DNA of 6,571 nucleotides from a virus (lineage: Duplodnaviria > Heunggongvirae > Uroviricota > Caudoviricetes), in the IMG/VR virus record IMGVR_UViG_3300012089_000069, positions 1-6,571 of that record. One strand, written 5' to 3'. Made by a program: the position numbers and the translations under genes. Position 1 is the first letter of the stretch; every line of letters begins with the position of its first letter. Below the pieces are notes generated by a model, which did not search any database, had not been told where the DNA came from, and saw only the letters and a program-made list of their open reading frames with translations. Below are positions 1 through 5,885 of this stretch, in pieces.

Positions 1-51
1 AATCGCTTCCGGCAACTCGTGAGTAAAAAGATTCGGTATCAGAAGAGGTGA
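1..51 (+). CDS. 3' end of an upstream gene (partial; 5' end outside window), C-terminal peptide NRFRQLVSKKIRYQKR
   Basis: Frame 1 is open from position 1 to TGA at 49-51. The stop lies 2 nt before the ATG at 54 of the next gene, a coupling-type arrangement. Too short to assign a product. Confidence 0.3.
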   Translation, partial: NRFRQLVSKKIRYQKR

Positions 52-53
52 GT

Positions 54-1124
54 ATGGCTAACGCCTGGCTCAGATTATGGCATGACATGCCAAATGACCC
101 TAAGTGGCGAACAATTGCCAGGGTGTCAGGGCAGCCAATTGCAACAGTGATGGCAGTGTATATCCACCTCCTGGTGAGCGCGTCACGAAATGTCACGCGA
201 GGTCACATTGATGTCACGACAGAAGATTTGGCAAGTGCGCTCGACGTGACAGAAGAGGTAATTGATTCAATTTTGCAGACGATGCAGGGGCGGGTACTTG
301 ATGGTGATTTAATCACTGGATGGGAAAAACGCCAGGTGCTTAAAGAGGACAACGGCAATATTTCGCAAACCGCAAAATCTCCTGCAGAGCGCAAGAGGGC
401 GCAGCGAGAGAGGGAAAGAAAGCGGGAACAAAATGGCGATTGTCACGGCGCGTCACGAAATGTCACGCACATGTCACGACGAGTCACGACAGATAAAGAT
501 ACAGATAAAGATACAGATCAAGAAGATCAAAACACTATGGTCCATGGCGTAAAAAACGCCACGGACCAGGCAGGGGATGTTCAGACCGTCACTCCTGGCC
601 AGCCCGCAGGCACGACACCGGAAGCCGATTCAGCGTATGTGCTGAAAGCCGATTCGGGCGCTGTGCAGCAGGTGATGACCGCAAGGCAGGAGCAATCACA
701 CCAACTTCAGCAGCCTGAAGCCGATTCCGCCATTCAGCGGGAAGCCGATCGGGTAGTCCCGGAAAACACCGGGCAGCCTGTGGGACGAGTGGATTATCCT
801 GATGTGTTCGAACAGGTCTGGCGGGAATACCCGTTGCGTGCCGGGGCAAACCCGAAGAAATCCGCTTTCAGTGCCTGGAAAGCCAGATTACGCGAGGGGG
901 TGCCACCAGAGGCCATGCTGGATGGTGTGAGGCGTTACGCAAGATACCTGGCGGCTACCGGGAAAACGGGAACGGAATTTGTTCAGCGAGCGACGACGTT
1001 TTTTGGACCGGACCGGAATTTTGAAAACCCCTGGCTGCTCCCGGTAAGCGGCACGAACAACCAGCGTTGTGTGAATCATATTTCTGAACCGGATACCGAA
1101 ATTCCACCGGGCTTCAGGGGATAA
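54..1124 (+). CDS. Phage replication initiator / replisome-organizer-type protein with intragenic origin iterons
   Basis: Long ORF; ATG at 54 is preceded by AGAGGTG (the track's GTG at 48 is less likely). The N-terminus (MANAWLRLWHDMPNDPKWRTIA...) resembles phage replisome-organizer N-terminal domains. The C-terminal region (FEQVWREYPLRAGANPKKSAFSAWKARL...FENPW) resembles DnaD-like C-terminal domains of phage initiators. Two iteron clusters sit inside the ORF and translate to the repeated peptide ASRNVT(R/H)...VTT, as with lambda ori inside gene O. Family assignment is from memory, not a search. Confidence 0.7.
   Translation: MANAWLRLWHDMPNDPKWRTIARVSGQPIATVMAVYIHLLVSASRNVTRGHIDVTTEDLASALDVTEEVIDSILQTMQGRVLDGDLITGWEKRQVLKEDNGNISQTAKSPAERKRAQRERERKREQNGDCHGASRNVTHMSRRVTTDKDTDKDTDQEDQNTMVHGVKNATDQAGDVQTVTPGQPAGTTPEADSAYVLKADSGAVQQVMTARQEQSHQLQQPEADSAIQREADRVVPENTGQPVGRVDYPDVFEQVWREYPLRAGANPKKSAFSAWKARLREGVPPEAMLDGVRRYARYLAATGKTGTEFVQRATTFFGPDRNFENPWLLPVSGTNNQRCVNHISEPDTEIPPGFRG
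178..250. repeat. Iteron cluster 1: GTCACG/GTCACA copies starting at 182, 192, 202 and 213, plus an inverted copy CGTGAC at 245-250
   Basis: Direct repeats at 10-11 bp (one helical turn) spacing, read directly from the sequence. The 21-mer GCGCGTCACGAAATGTCACGC at 178-198 recurs exactly at 448-468. Confidence 0.65.
442..488. repeat. Iteron cluster 2: five GTCACG copies starting at 442, 452, 462, 473 and 483 (probable ori core)
   Basis: Five direct hexamer repeats with 10/10/11/10 bp phasing inside the replication gene, immediately followed by an AT-rich tandem repeat. Confidence 0.7.
491..530. repeat. AT-rich tandem repeat (AGATAAAGATAC x2, then AGATCAAGAAGATCAA); candidate DNA-unwinding element next to the iterons
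   Basis: Exact 12-bp tandem duplication at 491-502 and 503-514, then a related A-rich stretch. It translates to the low-complexity linker DKDTDKDTDQEDQ. Confidence 0.5.
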
Positions 1125-1164
1125 GTGTTGATTTCTGGTCATGAGGTAATTTTCAGGAGGACTT

Positions 1165-1587
1165 GTGGCAAAAGTTTTTACACAAGAAGAGCGAGAAAAA
1201 ATTAAAGGGCAGGTTGTTGAACTCGTACGCCAGAGTGGGCGTGAGACGTTACGGCAACTGGAAGTCAAGACAGGTGCGACAAGATATCTGATGAGCGTTC
1301 TCGCAAGAGAGCTGGTTGCCAGTGGCGATGTATACAACTCTGGTTACGGGTTATTCCCGTCTGAACAGGCGCGTAAGGACTGGCAAAATGCCCGTAAAAA
1401 GCTCTCAAGGGCAAAGCCGAAGAAAACATCTGCGGTTGATCCGGACCTTATCTGGTCATTACCAGATGGCGAAATACGCCGCTACGACAGGCGTCTGAAC
1501 ATAATCTGTCTCGAGTGCCGGAAGAGCGAAGTTATGCAGCGCGTACTGGCGTTTTATCAGGGGAATTTTGAGGAGGTGGTGCGGTGA
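1165..1587 (+). CDS. Hypothetical small phage protein (nin-region-like), 140 aa
   Basis: ORF with GTG start at 1165 preceded by AGGAGG (1155-1160). Its TGA stop overlaps the GTG of the next gene (GTGA). No motif recognised. Confidence 0.55.
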   Translation: MAKVFTQEEREKIKGQVVELVRQSGRETLRQLEVKTGATRYLMSVLARELVASGDVYNSGYGLFPSEQARKDWQNARKKLSRAKPKKTSAVDPDLIWSLPDGEIRRYDRRLNIICLECRKSEVMQRVLAFYQGNFEEVVR

Positions 1588-1838
1588 GTGAATCAAAATG
1601 CCAGGTTAATGGCAACAAGATAGAACCATGTGCAGCACTGGCAAAGTCCCTTGAGCATGATGCTGAATACACGATGCGAAAAGGTCTGCTGATATACAAA
1701 ATCTGGAATGAGAGTTTAACTCGCGGTCCTAATTTTGTGATGTTGCGTTCCGGTGAATTTTCTAAATTACCAGTTCGGGTTTCATTTTGTCCGTTCTGTG
1801 GTGAAAGTCTGAAAACGTGGGAGAACAGAAATGAATGA
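1584..1838 (+). CDS. Hypothetical small protein with four Cys (C6, C16, CPFC at 69-72), possible zinc-ribbon
   Basis: GTG start at 1584 overlaps the upstream stop (GTGA); AGGAGG at 1571-1576. Its stop overlaps the next start (ATGAATGA). Confidence 0.55.
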   Translation: MSESKCQVNGNKIEPCAALAKSLEHDAEYTMRKGLLIYKIWNESLTRGPNFVMLRSGEFSKLPVRVSFCPFCGESLKTWENRNE

Positions 1839-2142
1839 AATCAAAGAAATACCAGTAGTACGTGATGAATATGGCTGCTGGACGCATCCTGAATATGAAA
1901 AATTCTGTGACGGTCGGGAATATATTTCAACGGAAGAGTTTAACGCCTGGATGGAGGAAAATAATCTTCAATACGTCCTCTGCTTCAGAGATGAAGGATG
2001 TGCTGACCTTGATGCGTGTGATGCTGATATTTCTGCATGGGAACCGGAACGACCAGAGGGCAATGGATGGTTTATTGGTTCAATACATGACACCGAAGAT
2101 GGCCCGGTTTGTGTATGGCTGAGAAATAAGGCCGAAGCATAA
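1831..2142 (+). CDS. Hypothetical acidic Cys-containing small phage protein, 103 aa
   Basis: ATG at 1831 overlaps the upstream stop by 8 nt. The ORF ends where the AT-rich region begins. No motif recognised. Confidence 0.55.
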   Translation: MNEIKEIPVVRDEYGCWTHPEYEKFCDGREYISTEEFNAWMEENNLQYVLCFRDEGCADLDACDADISAWEPERPEGNGWFIGSIHDTEDGPVCVWLRNKAEA

Positions 2143-2247
2143 AGGCTATAAACCGACTAACAACTAAATACTGAAGATTTAAATCAGAAACGATTTTTAT
2201 TAAATCCTTAACCGGAGGGATTCCTGCACCCTCAAATCATCAGGAGG

Positions 2248-2263
2248 CCGCCCGAAAGGGCGG
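2248..2263 (+). promoter_or_regulatory. GC-rich stem-loop (CCGCCC-GAAA-GGGCGG) immediately upstream of the RBS of the Q-like gene
   Basis: Perfect 6-bp GC stem with a GNRA-type loop. No U-tract follows, so it is not a canonical intrinsic terminator. GGAG at 2265-2268 and ATG at 2275 follow directly. Confidence 0.3.
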
Positions 2264-2274
2264 TGGAGATAATA

Positions 2275-2796
2275 ATGGGAATAACTAAAGAACGATTGTT
2301 GGAAATAGCAAACCTTAGTGATTGGGCATTAAGTGATGAGAGAATTGTTTCTCCTCATGCTTATGAGTCAGTTACAAGTATAGAAATAACAACAATGGCT
2401 AGAATGCTGCTTGGTTATTTCAAAATAGAAAATAAAAAACAGATGGATAGTAATGTTGATATATGTGAGATTTTAGACGATTGGGGGGCTTGGGTTGTGG
2501 CTGGTAATAGTTCTATTGATTGGCAGGAAATAGCTGATAAATATAAAAATGTTGTTCCTCATGGTAAAAAATCACGTCGTCAGTGCAGCAATGATGAAGG
2601 GCGAATTATTGACATTAGTATCCTTATGTTAGAAAGATATAAGCAACAAGAATATGAGTTAATTGTTGCTCATTTCGTGATTGGTTTATCTCTTCGTGCT
2701 ATTGCAAAGCAACAAGGATGTTCAGATGGAACAATTCGTAAAAGATTGCAAAAAGCCTTAGGTTTTTTGACTGGATATATAGCAATTACCAGTTAA
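2275..2796 (+). CDS. Q-family late-gene antiterminator-like protein (phage 21/82-type Q; QuuD-like) with sigma-70 region-4-like C-terminal HTH
   Basis: ATG at 2275 with GGAG 6 nt upstream. The protein has a WGAW motif, SRRQCSNDEG, and a C-terminal GLSLRAIAKQQGCSDGTIRKRLQKALGFL. These match my recollection of E. coli DLP12 QuuD (ERWGAW ... SRPQCCDDD ... CSDGYIGKRLQKAEG). An alternative internal start at 2443 (MDSNVDICEILDDWGAW) would give a QuuD-length protein. The gene is AT-rich compared with the flanking phage genes. Confidence 0.65.
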   Translation: MGITKERLLEIANLSDWALSDERIVSPHAYESVTSIEITTMARMLLGYFKIENKKQMDSNVDICEILDDWGAWVVAGNSSIDWQEIADKYKNVVPHGKKSRRQCSNDEGRIIDISILMLERYKQQEYELIVAHFVIGLSLRAIAKQQGCSDGTIRKRLQKALGFLTGYIAITS

Positions 2797-3434
2797 GAGT
2801 CAGCGGTTTTTTTACCAGTGTAATGGTATAAGGATACTCCCATGTGTCTTACATGATATGGAAGCGCTGTTGCTGGATGCTTTGTGATACTCTTAAAGCG
2901 GAGGGGAGAGCCTTCCGCTTCAATTTCTGCGTCCGAAACGGTCGTAGAGAAAAATTCTTTCCATTCATTGAATTTTACTGCTGATTTGTCAGACTTTATA
3001 TAAATTAGAATTCCTCCATGATCGTCACGTGACGTACCCGTGCCGTAACGTTCGGTTAGCTGAATCCAGCCATTATGAATAGATTTGGGGCCTCTCCATA
3101 ATTTTGCTTCACCGATCCATTCGAATTTTCCGAATTGATGTTTAACTAATAAATCAACGTGACCGCCATGTTGAGTATCATGTTCAACATCATAAAACCT
3201 ACCTTTCAGGAAATTTTTGATCGACGCTGTTAGCTCGTCCTCTCCCCACTTAGCATCTTGATAGAAGTGTTTGTCATTTTCTAAATTCTGAATAGCGTCG
3301 TCTAAATCTTCATAGAGTTGCTTTACAAAAATATTTTTGTCTGCAGCTAATTTTCTTTGAACCATTCCCCTAAATTCAGGATCCATTCTAATTAATGATT
3401 GAAGGTCTGCAGTACAGATGTTTACATCACTCAT
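2793..3434 (-). CDS. Third gene of the minus-strand operon: putative PD-(D/E)xK / Mrr-like restriction-endonuclease-fold nuclease, 213 aa
   Basis: Likely start is the ATG at 3434-3432 (MSDVNIC...), which overlaps the upstream stop as ATGAGTGA. The track's longer N-terminus has no RBS and lies inside the upstream gene. Motif GGHVDLLV-x10-EWIGEAK (D94, E109, K111) fits D...(D/E)xK. The stop codon shares 2 nt with the stop of the convergent Q-like gene. Confidence 0.6.
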   Translation of the reverse strand: MSDVNICTADLQSLIRMDPEFRGMVQRKLAADKNIFVKQLYEDLDDAIQNLENDKHFYQDAKWGEDELTASIKNFLKGRFYDVEHDTQHGGHVDLLVKHQFGKFEWIGEAKLWRGPKSIHNGWIQLTERYGTGTSRDDHGGILIYIKSDKSAVKFNEWKEFFSTTVSDAEIEAEGSPLRFKSITKHPATALPYHVRHMGVSLYHYTGKKTADS

Positions 3435-3855
3435 GCAGACTCTCCAAAAGACTCGAAGGAGTAAAGTATGGATAAAGATACTGGCTAAAATTATCAACCA
3501 ATTCGCCAGTTTCTGGATGGTAAAAACTTCCTGTGTCTAAAGCATAGGAAATAAGATCATCTTCAACTGGTATTGGTTCTTCCGTTAAATTATCAATGTA
3601 TTGAAAATGCATATCCAATAGATGTGCTTTATAGCTAGATAAATAATCAGTTGCTTTTATTAGCAGGATATAGTCATCTTTCGTATCAGTTAGATAGGTT
3701 AAACCATTGATAAGGGTTTTGTATGTAAAGTGATTGATATTTTTAGCATCTTTACTAACCAGAAAAAGAAAAAGATCACGACACACACTGCGAACAGGAT
3801 CATTAAAATCCTGCTCTATTTGCGTGATAATGTCGTGATATATACTCTTTTTCAT
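3427..3855 (-). CDS. Second gene of the minus-strand operon: small acidic protein of unknown function, 142 aa
   Basis: ATG at 3855-3853 overlaps the stop of the upstream gene (ATGA). The protein is D/E-rich with no recognisable motif. AT-rich codon usage matches its neighbours. Confidence 0.6.
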   Translation of the reverse strand: MKKSIYHDIITQIEQDFNDPVRSVCRDLFLFLVSKDAKNINHFTYKTLINGLTYLTDTKDDYILLIKATDYLSSYKAHLLDMHFQYIDNLTEEPIPVEDDLISYALDTGSFYHPETGELVDNFSQYLYPYFTPSSLLESLHE

Positions 3856-4943
3856 TTATGGCCTGATGATCTCGCTCTTCTTTTCTCTTCACAGGACTTA
3901 ACAGAATCCAATATTTTTTCAACAATAAATATAATCGAATCAATGTTGTTACAGTTCTTCGCAATTGCTTCATGCAACCTAATTCTAGGATTATCAAGCA
4001 TTGTCCTTTTTCCTGGTAATATTAACTCTACTGATAAAATATGTGAAGAACTTTGTGGTAAATCCCAAATTTTTCCCAACTTAAACTTTGTCAATATTGG
4101 GCTTGCGGACTCTCCACTATGATGGTAAACATCTTGACGCAAACACTTTTGACTTGGTTTGAGTTTTAAAGAACTTGTATTGCCATCTGAGGTGATAAAA
4201 GATACATGAGAAATTCTGCCATCTACTTTTTCGTAAAGATCTTGTATTGAACCAAATAATTCAAGAGGATTGTTTAAAATAACGCCAGCTTCTTTTTTTA
4301 TAAATTTAGCCACAAGGTATTGTTGAGGCTGTGATTCACTTCTTGGAAGGATAGATAAATCAATCGTAAGAATTAATATTTTTTCTGCAGGCATTAGCAT
4401 GATGGTATTAAAGCATTGCGTGACTTGGCGTGTTTTGCATTTTATTTCTCCACCATTAGCACGTAATTCCATACCCGCATCGCTAAGATGTGTTGGGTCA
4501 AGCTCTATCACTTCAGTGTAATACGCTTTGGATAAAAAAACAGCAGTGTCAATTTGTTTATCACGAATGATATCTTGACGTAGTTCAGCAAAATGCAGCT
4601 CAGTATCAGCAACTAACAGCTCCTCTCTGGATAAAGGAGTTGGGTATTTTTCTGAGAAGGGGCTATTGTCCTTTTTCTGATTTGTGAAAATTGTTTGTAA
4701 TTTTGCTACGTCTTCATCGGTGATTCTATAAATAGAAAGTAATCGATTCCCGCTAAAAATTAAACCTTTCCAGAAATCGTCGATTCTGTCTTTTAGGTCG
4801 GGATTATGCTGAACTACACTATTTACACGTTCAATAAAAAGGGGTAATCCTTGGGCCGTTACACCCAGTGATGAACCAAGAAGCTTACGGGTGTTGCGCC
4901 AGCCAAAGCGTGAATTGATGTTTTTTACTGTTTGCTCAAGCAT
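3852..4943 (-). CDS. :: First gene of the minus-strand operon: 363-aa protein of unknown function, a candidate sensor or specificity component
   Basis: Long ORF. The probable start is ATG at 4943-4941 with AAGGAA 6 nt upstream; the track start at 4949 is a GTG two codons earlier. No Walker A, methyltransferase or obvious HEPN/TIR motif seen. The C-terminus is basic (KRRARSSGHK). Confidence 0.6.
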   Translation of the reverse strand: MLEQTVKNINSRFGWRNTRKLLGSSLGVTAQGLPLFIERVNSVVQHNPDLKDRIDDFWKGLIFSGNRLLSIYRITDEDVAKLQTIFTNQKKDNSPFSEKYPTPLSREELLVADTELHFAELRQDIIRDKQIDTAVFLSKAYYTEVIELDPTHLSDAGMELRANGGEIKCKTRQVTQCFNTIMLMPAEKILILTIDLSILPRSESQPQQYLVAKFIKKEAGVILNNPLELFGSIQDLYEKVDGRISHVSFITSDGNTSSLKLKPSQKCLRQDVYHHSGESASPILTKFKLGKIWDLPQSSSHILSVELILPGKRTMLDNPRIRLHEAIAKNCNNIDSIIFIVEKILDSVKSCEEKRRARSSGHK

Positions 4944-4949
4944 TAACAC

Positions 4950-5100
4950 TTCCTTAATTTTCCCTTAACAATTTAGGGTGCTAAACTTTTTTGCGCAGTT
5001 TACATAAAAAAATAGTGCGTACGCAAAAACTATCTAACATGATGAGCTTTAACCGGGAAATTTGTATATGTTGTGAGCATAAAGTTGGCTGAGAAATCTA
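4950..5100 (-). promoter_or_regulatory. Probable promoter/operator region of the three-gene operon, containing the perfect palindrome TGCGTACGCA (5016-5025)
   Basis: AT-rich non-coding DNA upstream of the first operon gene. Only weak sigma-70-like hexamers can be picked out by eye. The 10-bp palindrome is a candidate operator. Confidence 0.3.
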
Positions 5101-5289
5101 AAACGGGTAGAATGACTGCGGGTGCTTGAGGCTATCTGTCTCAGGCATGAACACCAAAAGGCAGATAGAGAAAAGCCCCAGTTAACATTACGCGTCCGGC
5201 AAGACGCTTAACATTAATCTGAGGCCATATCTATGCTCTACACACGTAGGTTAGCCTCTTACGTGCCGAAAGGCAAGGAGAAGCAGGCT

Positions 5290-5445
5290 ATGAAGCAGCA
5301 AAAGGCGATGCTAATCGCCCTGATCGTCATCTGTTTAACCGTCATAGTGACGGCACTGGTAACGAGGAAAGACCTCTGCGAGGTACGAATCCGAACCGGC
5401 CAGACGGAGGTCGCTGTCTTCACAGCTTACGAACCTGAGGAGTAA
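5290..5445 (+). CDS. hokD: Hok/Gef-family type I toxin (small membrane host-killing peptide), 51 aa
   Basis: Peptide MKQQKAMLIALIVICLTVIVTALVTRKDLCEVRIRTGQTEVAVFTAYEPEE carries the Hok signature (CLT...LVTRKDLCE...EVAVFTAYE). As I recall it, this matches E. coli HokD/RelF. AAGGAG at 5274-5279. The track's upstream in-frame ATG at 5233 is unlikely to be the true start. Confidence 0.85.
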   Translation: MKQQKAMLIALIVICLTVIVTALVTRKDLCEVRIRTGQTEVAVFTAYEPEE

Positions 5446-5513
5446 GAGACCAGGCGGGGGAGAATCCCTCGCCACCTCTGATGTGTCAGGCATCCTCAAC
5501 GCACCCGCACTTA

Positions 5514-5539
5514 ACCCGCTTCGGCGGGTTTTGTTTTTT
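5514..5539 (+). terminator. Rho-independent terminator downstream of hok (ACCCGC-TTCG-GCGGGT followed by TTTTGTTTTTT)
   Basis: Perfect 6-bp GC-rich stem with a TTCG loop and an 11-nt T-rich tract, read directly from the sequence. Confidence 0.75.
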
Positions 5540-5611
5540 CCTGGCATTCTGGTTTACAATTCGCACGCCAGCCTGAACAACTGGCACCTGCTGCGCCAGC
5601 AGAGACAACCG

Positions 5612-5884
5612 ATGGCGCACAAAACCAAATTTCACAATTCTGATACCGCCCTTGCCATCCGGCATGGGCGGCGTTCACACGCATTTAAAACCGACTGGTA
5701 CCAACACCCACCATGTACTGAAGAACAGGCCGAATGGCTAATTCATAACTACCGCAGACGCGGATACGAGATTAAGAAAGCCCTCAGCCTCGATTATCGT
5801 CACTGGATAATCTTCGTCAGGCTCCCTTATTCCGAACGCCCACCGCGTCCGTCCCGCACATTCCAGCAACGCATCTGGAGGTAA
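5612..5884 (+). CDS. Small basic prophage protein, possibly Rem-like (by synteny with the hokD-rem-ydfU order in E. coli Qin prophage), 90 aa
   Basis: ATG at 5612 is more plausible than the track's GTG at 5483, which would overlap the hok terminator. Its stop is 1 nt before the next gene's GTG. Identity is inferred from gene order only. Confidence 0.5.
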   Translation: MAHKTKFHNSDTALAIRHGRRSHAFKTDWYQHPPCTEEQAEWLIHNYRRRGYEIKKALSLDYRHWIIFVRLPYSERPPRPSRTFQQRIWR

Positions 5885-5885
5885 C

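Noticed and set aside
203-394. 63-aa minus-strand ORF
   Set aside because: Lies entirely antisense inside the replication initiator gene and overlaps iteron cluster 1; no RBS.
178-488. Possible CRISPR array (short direct repeats)
   Set aside because: The repeats are 6-bp iterons at helical phasing inside a coding gene, not 25-40 bp repeats separated by unique spacers.
589-849. 86-aa minus-strand ORF
   Set aside because: Antisense within the GC-rich replication gene; an artefact of the GC-rich frame.
888-1337. 149-aa minus-strand ORF
   Set aside because: Antisense and overlapping two + strand genes that have RBSs and coupling. Arg/Ser-rich composition is typical of spurious antisense ORFs.
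1316-1498. 60-aa + strand ORF
   Set aside because: Alternative frame nested inside the better-supported 1165-1587 gene.
1862-2122. 86-aa + strand ORF
   Set aside because: Alternative frame nested inside the 1831-2142 gene, which has a coupled start.
2263-2274. GTG at 2263 as the start of the Q-like gene (track start)
   Set aside because: It overlaps the upstream hairpin and has no RBS. The ATG at 2275 has GGAG 6 nt upstream.
3730-4122. 130-aa + strand ORF and the 64-aa minus ORF at 3803-3997
   Set aside because: Both lie within or opposite the coupled minus-strand operon genes. Their low-complexity AT-rich translations suggest chance ORFs.
2207-5056. Shared 8-mer TTAACCGG near both island edges (2207-2214 and 5049-5056) as possible att-like direct repeats
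   Set aside because: Too short to be significant in a window of this size, and no integrase or recombinase gene is present.
5335-5547. 70-aa minus-strand ORF
   Set aside because: Antisense to the hok gene and its terminator.
5483-5611. N-terminal extension of the Rem-like ORF from the GTG at 5483
   Set aside because: It would translate through the hok intrinsic terminator hairpin. The internal ATG at 5612 is the more plausible start.
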